From: Macrostomum hystrix
Taxonomy: Eukaryota > Animalia > Platyhelminthes
DNA: 64,000 nt
Direction of reading: 5' to 3'
Assembly: GCA_950097015.1 (NCBI GenBank)
Contig: CATNEN010000001.1
Location: 8,184,001 to 8,248,000, forward strand
Part shown: piece after piece, positions 50,998-63,977 of the stretch
How the letters are laid out: every line of letters starts with the position of its first letter
How positions within the stretch are numbered: position 1 is the first letter of the stretch
Position numbers and translations under genes: made by a program
Notes under the pieces: generated by a model
Database searches by the model: none
Seen by the model: the letters and a program-made list of their open reading frames with translations, nothing else
What the model was told of the DNA's origin: nothing

Positions 50998-53900
50998 CCC
51001 TATTGGAATAAGTTTTCAGACACTGTGGACAGTGCATCTAGTGCGCCATGGCAATCATAAAGTGGCCTGGACGGTGCGTCATGACAATCTTCAAATCCTA
51101 AGGTGGTATGGACGATGTGTCATTCAAATCTTCAAATCCTAGGGTGCCATAGCACTCTAGGTTTAGGTGATATTGTGCATGACTCCAGTCTCTATCATGT
51201 TCATTCTGATGATGCATCACTCGTTTTTGAGAGATTTAAAGAGATTGAGAGAAAGTTGTGTGTTTTACCGCACTTGTGTTTTACTGCACTCTGTTCTGTA
51301 CTGTACTTCTGCCCCCTTCTGTTGTAGTTGTATCTATTTCTTAATTCTTAGTCTACTCGTCTTTTGACTTACAAAGTTACATTGTTGGTCTATTCAAAGA
51401 AAAATAAATAATGTAAATAGTGTGGCAATTGCATCAGTGAGTACTTAAAATAATTACGAACACTGAAACCCTTTACTTCAATTTGGCTAATCGCTATTAC
51501 TAAACACAAAATATTATATCAGTATGTACTACGTACAGTGTGCTTGAGTAACTGCTTAAGACATTCTCTGGACATAAGCAGTTGTACATGAGATGGATTC
51601 ATCGTATGTGCACGTGCAATAGGAGTAAAATAGTGGGGGTAAATGTACGTGCAACTGCTTAAGCCAGAGGCGCAGTATATATAATTCAATATTTGGGGTG
51701 CATGCATGGCTGTCGCTGTCTGACAGACGCAAGCTTAAGACACAGACGTATGCTTACATAACACTACAGTACTGGAGTTGTAAGTAACATCGGTACATGG
51801 GCAATACAGCAACCACAGGGCATCAGCAAAAGATTCAGCATGACAGCATCAGGATCATAAGGGAGACTATGTTACTTGAAGACAGTCTTGAGTTGAAGGA
51901 TATTTAATAGTAATAACTTGTGTCTAGTCTATATGATAATATGAATGTAGAGATGGATTGAAACTGGTTTTTCAATCTAGTTGGTCTCTTTAATAGTCCT
52001 AAATCCTCATGCTTCCTATGTGGCATCTCTATACTTCTCTTTCTCCAGACATTCGAAACTCTTCATCCCTAGACATGAGACATAATGAATGAATGAATGA
52101 AATGAAAAAAATAGAAGTTTGTCTATAGCCTTAGCCTTTGCAACTCTACTACTTCAGCAAGAGTCGCCCAGTCTCCGACTTCTTGCGCATTAGCACAGGC
52201 AGTTTTTGCCTTCCGCTTCATTCCCCGTTGGCGGTAAACATTGTGCTGCCGCAGCCATAGACGGGCTATTTTCTTTACTGTTACAGGCATTGACGACACG
52301 CTAGGCGGAATGTGCCAGGAAAGCCTCGTTCTGAGCTCTAATGTCTCATCCGCCTGAAGTGCGCCCTGCATTCGCTGCCGATCCATGCTGGTGTACAGGC
52401 TTTCGACAATGGCTTCGGGGCAGCCTTTTGCCAAAGCCCAGTCGAGCAAGGCGCAGAGAGCGTTGCCGAACATGCCATACAGCCTACGATCGCTGTACAT
52501 TGCAGCAAGAAAGTTTTTCTCGCAAGGAAATATGGTGAGCGGACCAGTTCCCGCGTCAATGGAGAACTTTCCCTGCTCGCTTGTATGACTGTTCATGGAC
52601 AGCAGTCGGCCCTCGGGGCAATCGGCGCCAAAAATTATTCGGCGACAGTGCAAGGAGTCTGCGTCGGCACCCCAAACAATGCTACGAATCGTGTCACGCC
52701 AGACAGCATGCAATTCGTTGCTAGTCAAATCGCCAAACAGTTTCTCTAGAGACGGACGCGTTCTCGCAGCTTCAAAGGCCAAATGAAACGCCTGCTGACC
52801 ATGTAGAACGAAGGCGTGTTCATGTCGCAGAAGGACTTGATAATTTGCACCGGTTTTGCGTACACGGCCACAAAGAGCGCCAATATAGCCCGTTATGTTA
52901 AAAGCTGTGTTCAACAGGTTTATTGGTCTCGACACAGCGACGGAGCTTCGCCGGCTTAAAGCGCTGATCAGCATGGTGACAAAACTGCGAGCCGAAGCCA
53001 CCGCCGTTTGCAACGTCATCTCAGCAGCCGCACCCTCATCCTGCTGGTCCAAGTCATGGGGTTCGTCTTCGTCATCTTCGGCTTCCTCATCGGCAACTTT
53101 TGCCAGCTCTGTTAGCGTGAAGGGGAACGAAGCCGATGGGCTAAGCGAAACCTCGCGGAAAAGCCCTTTCTCAATGTCGTCCCATCTTGCTGACAGAAGT
53201 GGCAGACAGCCGGCAGACTCCCTGACTACTCTAGCGGCAGTCTCTGAAGATGTTCGTAAAGCTTGCTCTAGCGCTAGCAGGCTGCGACGCATCACATCCA
53301 GTTGCATTGACAAATTGGTCACTTCGTCAACGATTTGCCAAGCGGGCAGCTGAAGGTTTTGGCTGCGGAGCATGACAGCACAGAACATGCGCAGCACATC
53401 GTATGCAACTAGGAGCTCTACGATGAACGGAACAGACTGGAGAAACTCCAAGAATTCCCGGTCCATACGTCGTAAACTCGAACGATTTTGCGCTAATGTC
53501 TCCAACCAAATTGCCAGTTCGGTGACGGTCTTCTTCACCATTGCAAAACTGGATGATGTAAATCTGGTAGAACTGAACGACTGGGTTTTTAGAGCAGGCC
53601 GATTCTCCATCATCGCAGCTACTTGGTCGGCTGCCACCGTCAGCTTGCCCTGCTGAATCTTTCTGTGCAGCCAGTTCATTGCCTTCACAAGTCGTAAAAC
53701 AGTTCCGCTCTGCTTTTTTACATCACGGAAAACAAGATCCAACCAATGGGCTGGGTCCCAGACGACTCCAAAGAATTCTCCGTCAACATCAACACCATCC
53801 TGCTGCTCAACGCTCGCACTCGGCAACTCGCTATCGCTGAGGTCTGCCTGGATGGCCTGCTTCAATGTGACAGCAAAGCCTTCCACTTGGTACTGCCCAT

Positions 53901-56900
53901 CAGCTGTAATGCCTGCACAACGGGACAGACTCGTTCCAGCATTATGAGCTGCCTGAGATGCAGACCTGGTGTAGAGAAAGAGAAAGAAGATAATTATTAC
54001 AAATTCTGGTTTCGTAACATGCAATTTAATATCGATTGATTTCTTTGGATTGATATACATGCAATAGGTAAATCGCTTACATAGCGAGAGCTTTTGCCTG
54101 ACCCCCAGAGAGGCGATAATCCGCAGGGTGATAAACACCCGGCGCACTAAAGCAGTAGGCCGTGCGAATGCCATTGGAGCTATAAGCACATGCCATCACA
54201 GCTTGATTTGTTGTGCGGCCTGGAGTGCTTTTGTCCATAGTAAGACAGTAGAATGGTGGAAGCGAAGTTGATGGCAGCGGCTCATTTAAAGACTGCAGCA
54301 CCTCCTCCATGAGCACCGTATCAGCTACCTGCCAAATCCGGACACAGGCCTTACGTCCATGCTGCATTTCACCAACTGTCACACCAACAAAGTCCATGGC
54401 CGCGACGATAGTCTCGTAGTGAGTTGCAGCGCAGGCAATGTTGATAATCGTGAGAGCTGATGTGACAAGGGCCGTTGCAGCCACTAGGTTCCGCTCCAAC
54501 TGTGCTGCCTTCCGATCTGCTGCAAGTTGGGCCCTATGAAGTAAGAGTATGAATGACGGAAATAGAGTTCAATTACGAAATTGTCGTGTCATAACTCATA
54601 ATGGCTAATGCCGCTAATATCGTGATTGGCTTGGTGCTCCGCATTTTATTTATCGTTATTACTAATACTACATAGAGTACTTTTACTGCCATATGTACCA
54701 TGAGACATACAACTTACTTGATATGCAGTTCGCACGTGCTGTGCTGCTCAAGGCGATTGCGAAATTGTCGAAATCCACTGTCTGACTTCGATTCGTACTT
54801 GGCCATCTGTTCCTCTGAGAGGACGAGACCCACCCCATCCAAGCGATTAGGCAGTGGTAATTCGGCCTGGTCCTGTAGGTGCGTAAAGCACAACGTACAA
54901 CGCAGAAGAGCGGCACCAAATGTCCCAGAAGTCCCAGATGCACTTGACTTGCTGGGAAGCAAGGAGAAATGAGCCATCTCAGTCTGCAGAAAATTGTACG
55001 GTGGGCATATAAAATGTCATTAGATGATTTTATCTTTAGCAAAATTACAGAATTCATTAATAATGATAGGACGAAAATCCATTGAATCATACAAGACTAC
55101 TCACTTTCTCGAGAAGTTCTCTCAGCGATCTCACTTGCACATGCGATGCACTTACAGACGTTCTCGTAGTCAATGGCGATTGGTCCTGGCCCTTGCATTT
55201 GCAGGAATTGCAGCTCATTGAACTGTGCCTCTCTGCGAGCTTGTCAACTTTTGCAGCCACTACTCTAATCCCTTGCAGAACTGCATCCAGAGTTGGCTCA
55301 TTGGGAATCTCAGGATCTTCGCTGTGCAGCGCAGTCTCCGACGATAGAAAACATTCTGCCAGTGTTCTTTGGCGCTGAAGACGGTGTTGCTGTGCTCTTT
55401 GAACCTGCACAACTGAAGCAGACGTAGATCCAGTCCCAGACTGCTCATCTGACTCGCACATCAGCTCGGCAGAGTCAAGTGGGGGAGGCGAACATCTAAT
55501 CAGAGTCGGAGCCGAATCTTCGAGGTCTAGTTCCACTGTGACAGTCTTAGAAACTGTTGATATTGACATAGATGATCGCTCCTCTGGCACTTTTTCTTCA
55601 ACAACTACACCCACTTCACTCGCAGGCTGTTCAACCATCTCAGGAATCCCAGCCTCAGCCTCTGTGACTGTGGCTAACATGTCACCATTGTCATTGCTGT
55701 TGCTGGCACACTCTCCCGTGCTCAGCTGACTGCTCTCACCACTTCTCTTCCTTTTCTGCTTCTTGTTCAAACTCTTGCTCTTGTCCTTTTGCAAGCCGCC
55801 AGATTTGCAAGTTTGCAGTAGATCGATGACGAGTGGGTCTTTTTGACTACGCCAATCTGGTGGGGCATTCCCAGCACAATGCCTACTGGTTTCAGCATGC
55901 TGCTTTCGTTGCCTTTCGCGGCTACTCTCGCAAAAGCGCAGTTGAAATCCAGGACCACCAGTGCCATCAATGAAGTGCTTGAGGCACACAACACAATATT
56001 TCTTTTCTTCCTTCTTGTTGCATTCACCCTCTCTCTCCTTTCTCTTCCTTGAATGTGTAGGCTGAGCAGATGCAGACGCAGACATGTCACTGCCACTGCA
56101 CACAGCACTATTACTCTTCATCCCTATTCGATTTCTAAACGACGCCCAGACAGATTCTGCTGAAGCTGAAGCTCTTGGAGAAGCACTTGGACATCCTGGA
56201 GTCGGAGATGGAATGTCTACTTCATTGACTTCAACTGAATCAAGTCTGCCATCACTGCTACTAGTACTAGTAGTACCACTATCATTGGAGTCGCTGCTAT
56301 TGAGTTCAGCCAACATTGCACCTCTTTTTTGTAATGATGTGGAGTGTGCTGCGGGAATCGAGTGGGAATGTGAGCCAGCATAATTTTTCAAATTTTAAGT
56401 AACTAATAATTGCGACCCACATAGCAGCTGGCCACAAAACAAGATCATTAATCTTAGGGCCGGGTTTGGGGCGGCGGTGAATCAAGTAGCTGCCGAATCC
56501 CCTCTCTCCGGAGTTGTCTAGACTCCCCGTAGGAATGACTGATCGCGGCCATAATGTTACTGTATGAACTAGTTTAGGTCATAATTCCCCTCCAAACCGC
56601 GATCAGATATAGGGGCTCACTCACGCGTTATGAGTGATCATAAAATTCTTCATGTCCCCGCTTCTTTACAGTATTCGAGCCCAGCTCGACTTTATGACCT
56701 CCTTCCTTTAGATACATGTAAATATCACTGTAGGCAGGTCGGCGCCTGCGCTTCCATTGTCCCGGCGGAGTAACAATTGTTGGCCGTCTGCCGATGGCTG
56801 CTCTCGATGAGCACCTGTCGTTTCCCGCCGCCGGTTCATTGGGCAATTGGGGCGGCCTGTCGTCGCTTCGATTCCCCGTTGACAGGCGGGCGCGAATGTG

Positions 56901-59900
56901 GGTTGCTTTGATGGATGTCGGGGTTGGCGTGCTGCAAGGCCTATTTAAGCAAGCGCGCTGCGCTGCTCCCTCTGGGACCTCTTTTCTCCCACCGGCTCTT
57001 CCCCTTCTCCCCCGCCGGACTTACTTTTGCCGGGCCGGACTCCCACCGGACCCAGAGCACCTTCCCGGACCCACTTAGGGCATAGACCCTAGAGCTCATA
57101 GCTCCACAGTTAGCGCAGGCCCATTGCCTGTCCCCATTCCCCCTGAGCGCGAGCCACCTCTTTAGGTGAGCTGTTAAATTGAGCCTTGAGCCCCAAGCGT
57201 GTTGGCCCCCTGCCGACTCGCAGCATCTTTCCCTTCCCGGCTTTTACTATCTTACCCCATCCTCTTCCCCGAGAACAACGGGATTGCAGCACGCGGCCGA
57301 AGCGTCCAGATAAGTAATCCGCGCAGCGGTTTGCAATTATTGCTCCTAAGGGGCTTTCTATTAGTTAGGCGGCATTTAGTGGGAGGGAAGCTAGGAACTT
57401 TTTCGCCTAATAAACTATCCAATCTAAGCACTTTTAACTTATTGGGCTTAACTTTATAACAACTTAACTTCTTTTATTATGTCTCCTTTTCACCTTTATT
57501 TTAACCTTAGACAGCCCTCTACCATGAGTGGCTAATCTATTAGGGGAATGGGCTCTGGCACAGCCGAGCTGAAAGCTGCGGCAGGAAGGAAATTGTAAGC
57601 GCGTATGAGAGCAATATGGAGCTAGGGATTTGCAAGTAAAATGCGGGGTGTAGCACGTGTTTTCTTTCTGCCCAGGGGTGGGGAATTCCTTGGCGGGTTT
57701 TCCTCGTTTCCTGGCGGAACTGGGAGTGCGTGTCAAGCTCCTCTGCCAATTGAGTTTCCCTTCCGTTCCCCCTCTCGCTTCCACCGCCAAGGAAGTGGGG
57801 GGTGATGATCTTTTAATCTTACGCTCGCATAATCACTCAGCCAGTGTTCAGCTTAATCTCTCCTGCCTCTGTTTTCCTCAACTCACACAGACTCGGATTG
57901 CTAGTTATCTAATGTGTAGGCTGCAGTCTAATGTACAGAATGTGTCTGATGTCCCATGAGTAGGATTCTGGCTATGGGTTTCTCATTCGAGTTCGGAGTA
58001 CCACCTCTCTAGACCACTGTAGCGCAGTTTCAGGAATCCCCTGTTGAGGCGTGTCTCGATCCATTCTGGGGTCTTCGCCCTAGTCTAAAACGGAAGTTAC
58101 AGAAGGCTCTATTTTTCGGCTTGTCTAAGACCTGTGTGACAAACTAGGAGCTGCGAGCTCCGGGAACCCAAGTTCCCAAATGTCTGCGGTGGCAACGTAG
58201 GCGCATTAGGTGGTGGCGCTACCCTAGATCATTTTCCGCTTTGCCGATAGCCTTTCCGCATTTCTAAGACAAGAGCCTAGGCCGAGTCGACCACTGCTAC
58301 CGAGTTTAGGGGTCAGTTACGAACATGCTACTGATGACAGTAGGCTGCATAGCCCTGTCCTATCCGTCTGCGGGTAGTCCGACATCTATTTAGACTTTTA
58401 GCCGGTTTCGAGCACTGCTTGGGGTAGGCACGGCAGTCATGCCTGTGGCCTATGGGTTGAGTGGGACTGGCCAGCCTGAGGCCGAGAGGACCACTCCCTG
58501 CATCCACTGTCTCTCCCTTCATCTCTACCTTCATCCCTCTTTCCGCGGCAACTCGCGAGCCTTTGCGGTATGACTTCCGACTCTATCGCCATCCCCACAC
58601 TCCTTTCCTTCACGAGGACAGATCATCGGATTGCAAACCCGCAGCTATTTCAGTAAATGTAACACTTATTTAAACTGAAATGACAGGAAGGGAGTGTATA
58701 AATTAAGCAGAATATGTGGCCTTTAAATAATAAAAATAAATAAAATAAATGACCTTTTATCTATGCATTACAATTACTGTTTCATTACTAATTTGTATGA
58801 GTAAATTATACTATAAATTTTAGAAAACACTAATTAGAAAAACGGTGATCGAGTGACTGCCTAAATGAGTCACAAAAATGGTCCCTTTCTAGGGCTTTAT
58901 CGCCAGACGAGTCACATATATTTCCCACTTTGATCTGAGGATCAAATTTCACTATTTAAGTTCCTTAAATTTTAAGGTGCCACAATATCAGATATCACTT
59001 TGAAAATTGAAAGCGAAAAGTGCAGGAAAAGTGCATTAATTGGTTTAAATGAGCATATTACAATCCAAGCAATCAAAACCAAAGCCAAAGTGGCACATTA
59101 AGGTCTAAGGATAATCAATCCTTTGATTATCAATCAATCCTTCCGAATCATTTGGGTCAATTCAGACAATTCTGAAACGAAAGGTCACACAGTGTGCCAC
59201 CATTTCAAGATGATATTTTAATTTAACATAGAAGGATTAATTTTCAATAAATATTCATGCTGTACTAGCCATTAAAAAATTACAGTTAAAAGATATAAAT
59301 GAGAGATGTTTTTGTATGCAACAAATATTAAGCTAATTAATGAAATAACAATGACAACAGTTAATACAAAATGAAGAAACTCCGTGATGAACAACACAGA
59401 GTTCACGAACAAACAAAATTGTCTTTGCCTTATCCACACACTTTTTCAGTAGTAGTTGTAGCACTTTGGCTCGGGTCGGGTTATCAAATCTGATAACTAT
59501 TTAGCATGGTGTTTCGAAGAATATTTTCACATTTAAATGTCAGCATAAATAAATGTACGCGCAACCAATCAAAAAGATAATTAAACAAAGCAGAAAATTT
59601 GTTGAGACTTTTAATAGAATTTAGTTTACTTTTTTATTTCTTGCAACTGCGTTATAAGAGAACATTAAGAGCAATTAGCATTTGGCACTATGTTATAATG
59701 TTTATGAGGCAATAAAGAACATTTCTGCTACGATCTTTCAACTACAATTTCCAATTTTACGATTAACTTGCATGCATATTCTAGATGACACAGCAATCAA
59801 TACATATGATAGGAGATATGCTATACTATAGCCCATAGCAATATTATCAAAGTTATAGAAATTAGAAAAACAAGTTTTACTTACAGTTTGCTGAATTTCC

Positions 59901-60099
59901 ACCGTGCTGCTGACTTTCTCCTGTGCATGCTTCTCATCCTTGTTCAGCAGCGCTGTATGTAGCGCGTGATGTCCTCCTTGCATCTTACCTGTGAGCTGCT
60001 GTGCGTGGCGCTGCTACGCGCGCCATGCGCCATGACTATGAGGAAAAAGAAAAAGTGCGCCGGACGCCGTCCGCGAAAATACCACTTATTCCAATAGGG
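50998..60099 (-). mobile_element. 9.1-kb autonomous DNA transposon, atypical hAT-like
   Basis: Perfect 16-bp TIRs CCCTATTGGAATAAGT (50998-51013, 60084-60099) and perfect 8-bp TSD AGCCAGGG (50990-50997, 60100-60107). Confidence 0.93.
52123..56316 (-). CDS. Spliced hAT-like DDE transposase (about 1257 aa) with two CxxC..H..H zinc fingers
   Basis: Exons 56316-55105, 54983-54718, 54533-54081 and 53965-52123 join in phase via GT-AG introns. Motifs LTMDKST (D), ITADGQY (D), WDPAH (CxxH equivalent), STRF (TRW equivalent), EAIVES (E). Confidence 0.8.
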
Positions 60100-61827
60100 A
60101 GCCAGGGCAAAACCGCTGCCCAGTACTGCCTTCTCTAGAGTCTCCACGATGCAGTGGAGGGCGCTCTCCGTGGACCGGCCCGCCCGAAAGGCGTGCTGGT
60201 TTGGCGAGAGCGAGGCCCGCCCTAGCTCTACAGTAAGAAGGCACCAGAGCACCAGTCTTTCCATGAGCTTGAGGCAGGTGGAAGTCAAACTTATCGGGCG
60301 ATAAGACTTGACCGAGCGATAGTCGCCTTTGGCGGGCTTCGGGATGAAGACGACCCGGGCTTCGTGCCACAGCGCTGGTACGTAGCCCAGCACGATGCAG
60401 GCCCGTAGAAGTCTGCAGAGGAGATGGAGGAAGCGGCCATTTTTGACCGCTTCATGCAAAAAGGCCGGATAAATACCATCTGGCGCAGGTGCTTTGAAAG
60501 GGTTGAATGACTTTGCCGCGCGAACGATGCGGTCATTCGTGACGAGTGACTGAGCCAGGCCCTGACCTCCACGTGAGTGGTCGTCTGGGCCAAAGTGCGC
60601 CGGTACACTCGGGAAGAAATGCCCTAGCATAAGCTCGAGCGTTTCCTCCGGGCGCTCCGTGATCGAGCCGTCTGGCTTTTTGATCGATGAGAGCTTGGAG
60701 AAGCGGTCGTTGGTGAGCGCCTTTACCACGCGGGCCGTGGGCCGCGAGCCCTCAAGCCCTTCGCAGTATTGTCGCCATTTGTCCGCTTTTGCCCTTCTGA
60801 CCCGGCCCTTAAACTCATGGATGGCGCGAGTATAGGCCTCTTTGTCATCAGGGTCGTGCGAGGTTTTCAGCTTCCTCTGGAGAGCCTTAGCTCGGCGTCT
60901 CAGGACTCCGAGCTCGGGGTTCCACCAGGGGGCCGATTTTTTGCCTTTGTAGGCTTTGAGCGGGCAAGCCATTTCGTAGGCCTCTGTGATGGCGCCGCCC
61001 AGCAGGGCAGCCACTCCATCTAGGTCCTGCGTGGTTGCCATGGCCATGGAGGGGTCGGAATCCCGAAGGCCCTCATGCAGCTTTTGGCTGAACGCGGGCC
61101 AGTCGGTGTTTCTGACATTACGCCTCCAAATAGGCTTTTGCTTCTTATCGGGGGTACCGATGTTGAAGCGAATGAAACGATGGTCCGAGAGCGAGCTTTC
61201 GGTCTCCCATACCTCCCACCCCAGCACCCTTGGGAGGATGCCGGGTGAGGCCAGGGTGACGTCAAGCACCTCAGCCCACCGCCCATTGTCGAAAGTGGGC
61301 GTGTTGCCCACATTACAGAAGTTAAGAGGCGTGCCGCTGACGAAGGCCAGGAGCTCTTCGCCGCGGTCATTGATTTTTGAGCTACCCCAGTGGGTGTGAT
61401 GCGAGTTTGCATCTCCCGCGAGGAGCAGCTCGAAGTTTCGTGCCCTGGCGAAATCACAGAGGGCGACGAGGGTATCGCTGACCACGGGGGCGTCGCCTGC
61501 CAGGTAGGCGGATGCCACGAGGGTCAACTTGTTAGGCACAATGTGTGCAGATTGGATGACGCAGATGTCCCCGTTAGAGAGATCGGGTCTCATCCACGCA
61601 TTTAAGGCTTTTGCGGCATAGATCAGTGATCTAGGGCGGACAGAGTCTGCCATGCAGAAGCAGTCATAGCCAGCAGGAATGTTGCTTGGCTTGTTCTTTG
61701 ATAACCAGGGCTCCTGCACAAGTACAAGGCCCGGCATCATGCGCTCTGTCGTGCGCATCAGATTTACTGATGCTGCCACGCAGTGCTGGGTGTTAACTTG
61801 CAGACATGATACTCCGGGGATCATCAT
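60100..61827 (-). CDS. LINE ORF2 N-terminal half (AP endonuclease and RT start)
   Basis: QVN, VQEP, GDANSH, PTF, SDH endonuclease motifs; KAPAPDG, YRPISL, QHAFR RT motifs. Confidence 0.93.
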
Positions 61828-61839
61828 GCAGGCAGAGAT

Positions 61840-63384
61840 CTACTTGGAGGGGGACTCAGCCAGAAGGCGGTCCTCCTCCTCCAGGTCGATGTCGGTAGCC
61901 ATGGGCTCCTCCGTGCCCAGGCCCCGAGTCAGAGGCGGGAACTCGACGGGGTCAGCCGCCCAGTCCCCACCCCCGGCCCCGAGCCCAGGCCCAGAGTCGC
62001 CCTCAACCGGAGCCGACACCGCTCCCTGGGCCGTGGGAGGGGCGCTCGAAGGGCCCTGCTCGATGGAGCTGGGCACCTTAGAGGCCTCCCCCGTAGCCCT
62101 TGGTTGCGGCGCCCGCCCCGGTGGGCCACCGCGCATCTCAGCGCGCAGCTGGGCCATCTTGGCGGTTCGCACCACCTCGGAGGCCCGCTGGAGAAGGCCC
62201 TGGCGCTTTGTGATGCGCGCGGGGCGACGCTCAGAGCTGCCAGCGATGGCACGCTCTGGCCTTTTTTGGCGAGGCGACTGGGCCCTGCCCCCAGTCCCAG
62301 CCTTGGGGTCCGAGGACCCTTCATTGGCCGACACGGTGGTGGGCCCGGTCTGACCCCGGGTTTTGTCGGCATCGTAGGCGAAGATTTTGGTCTTCCACAG
62401 ACCGATGCAGACGTTTGCGCCATCTGGGTAACGGCGTGTCCATTGCTCGGACAGGCCCAGAATGGCGGTGAAGCCGGTGCCGTCGGGGCGCAGGATCGTG
62501 CGGTGCACGATTAGGCCCGCTGTCGGAAGCTCCCGGTTCATCGCGATGAGGCCCATGCGGAGGTCCTCAGCGCTAGTAACGACGCTTTTCGCCGGGACGA
62601 AAATGCGATGTCTTTTTGTCTGCGGCGGCTCGTTCTCCCGGAGGAAAGCGAGGTCGGCCGCCCAGATCTGCGTGGGCAGCAGCTCCAGGAGCCGCCGCCC
62701 TGACTCCGCATCTCCGGGCCAGACAACAAAAAACGAGTCCCTGGTAGCACTCGCACCGACCGCCAGGGGCTCGCCTTTCAGTTGTAGTTGCCACAGCATA
62801 GCGTCTATGCTGCGGCAGATGTCGCTGAGCCGCTCGCCGCTCAGCCGCTTGCCATCCTTGCCCGCGACCACGATGGCAGGTTGCCTGCGCGCGATGGTGG
62901 CGTAGGTGGCCCGTGGTCCCGGGCCCTTTCCTGCCGCGTCCCCACTCTCGGGATTTGCGTCGGCGGTGGGCACGGGGCCCTCCGCCTCCACTCCTCCTTC
63001 AAGCCGAGCCGCCGGCCGGATGGGCGCCGGGACCTCCTTGGCCCGCGACCCTGGCCTCGGGGCGTCGTGGGCCCCGCCCTGGGCAGGGGCCTGGGCAGGA
63101 GGCACGGGGCCCCCCACCCTAGCCCCCGCCCTAGGCAGAGCCCCTTCGGCCCCTTTGGCCTGGGCCCGGTCCACGGTCGACGAAGCTGGCTTGCCTTGGG
63201 CCAGCAGGCGCCTACGGCGTTTCGCCGCTCCAGATGTCGTGGAGCGCTTTGTGCTTCGATCGCCGCGCGAGATGGGCATCGCGGCATTTGTGGCGGTCGC
63301 AGGGGCAGGCCCGGGCGCCGCAGCGTTTGTGACCTTGGGCACCGTGGTGCCCTCGGCCGTAGTAGAAGGTTGGCTGGAAGCCAT
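61840..63384 (-). CDS. LINE ORF1 (central domain resembling the DUF4780-type ORF1 of LOA elements)
   Basis: 514-aa ORF ending 12 nt before the ORF2 ATG; TYATIAR motif; basic, disordered termini. Confidence 0.8.
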   Translation of the reverse strand: MASSQPSTTAEGTTVPKVTNAAAPGPAPATATNAAMPISRGDRSTKRSTTSGAAKRRRRLLAQGKPASSTVDRAQAKGAEGALPRAGARVGGPVPPAQAPAQGGAHDAPRPGSRAKEVPAPIRPAARLEGGVEAEGPVPTADANPESGDAAGKGPGPRATYATIARRQPAIVVAGKDGKRLSGERLSDICRSIDAMLWQLQLKGEPLAVGASATRDSFFVVWPGDAESGRRLLELLPTQIWAADLAFLRENEPPQTKRHRIFVPAKSVVTSAEDLRMGLIAMNRELPTAGLIVHRTILRPDGTGFTAILGLSEQWTRRYPDGANVCIGLWKTKIFAYDADKTRGQTGPTTVSANEGSSDPKAGTGGRAQSPRQKRPERAIAGSSERRPARITKRQGLLQRASEVVRTAKMAQLRAEMRGGPPGRAPQPRATGEASKVPSSIEQGPSSAPPTAQGAVSAPVEGDSGPGLGAGGGDWAADPVEFPPLTRGLGTEEPMATDIDLEEEDRLLAESPSK

Positions 63385-63615
63385 TGCAGCTGCAAAGAGA
63401 AAATGGGGCTTCCTGTAGACACAGGCAGAAAAAACCCGCTCAGCCGCGATCCCAAAGCTGAGCGGGGGCAGCCAAAAAAGACAAGTTACAACCCGGGGTG
63501 GGATGCCAGGACCACCGGGAGGAACCGTAAGAGACCAGACTACTCCCTGGCCAAGCGTCCATCAGCACGGTCAACACTGGGACATTGGAGGGCGCCATTG
63601 AGCCAGCGCCGAGGC

Positions 63616-63977
63616 CTGCGGACTGGCCGCATACCCTGTTGAGGTCAAAGGGTGACACCTATCCCTCAGAGCCGTAGCCAGAGGTACCTGATCACGCACA
63701 GGTGCACGAACGCTGCGGACTGGCCGCATACCCTGTTGAGGTCAAAGGGTGACACCTCTCCCTCAGAGCCGTAGCCAGAGGTACCTGATCACGCACAGGT
63801 GCACGAACGCTGCGGACTGGCCGCATACCCTGTTAAGGTCAAAGGGTGGCACCCTTTCCTCAGAGCCGTAGCCAGAGGTACCTGATCACGCACAGGTGCA
63901 CGAAGCTGCGGAAAGGCCGCATACCCTGTTAAGGTCAAAGGGTGACACCTATTCCTCCAGCCGGGGCTAGAGGTACC
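63616..63977 (-). repeat. 97-bp tandem repeats (about 3.7 units) in the LINE 5' UTR
   Basis: Units start at 63616, 63713, 63810 and 63906. Confidence 0.9.

Noticed and set aside
58325-58420. Hammerhead ribozyme at CTGATGA
   Set aside because: No GAAA after a stem II.
59944-60099. C-terminal tail of the 627-aa ORF and N-terminus of the 674-aa ORF as real protein
   Set aside because: Both are read-through into the inserted transposon ends.
61679-63642. Antisense + strand ORFs over LINE ORF1
   Set aside because: Expected shadow ORFs in GC-rich coding DNA; no motifs.
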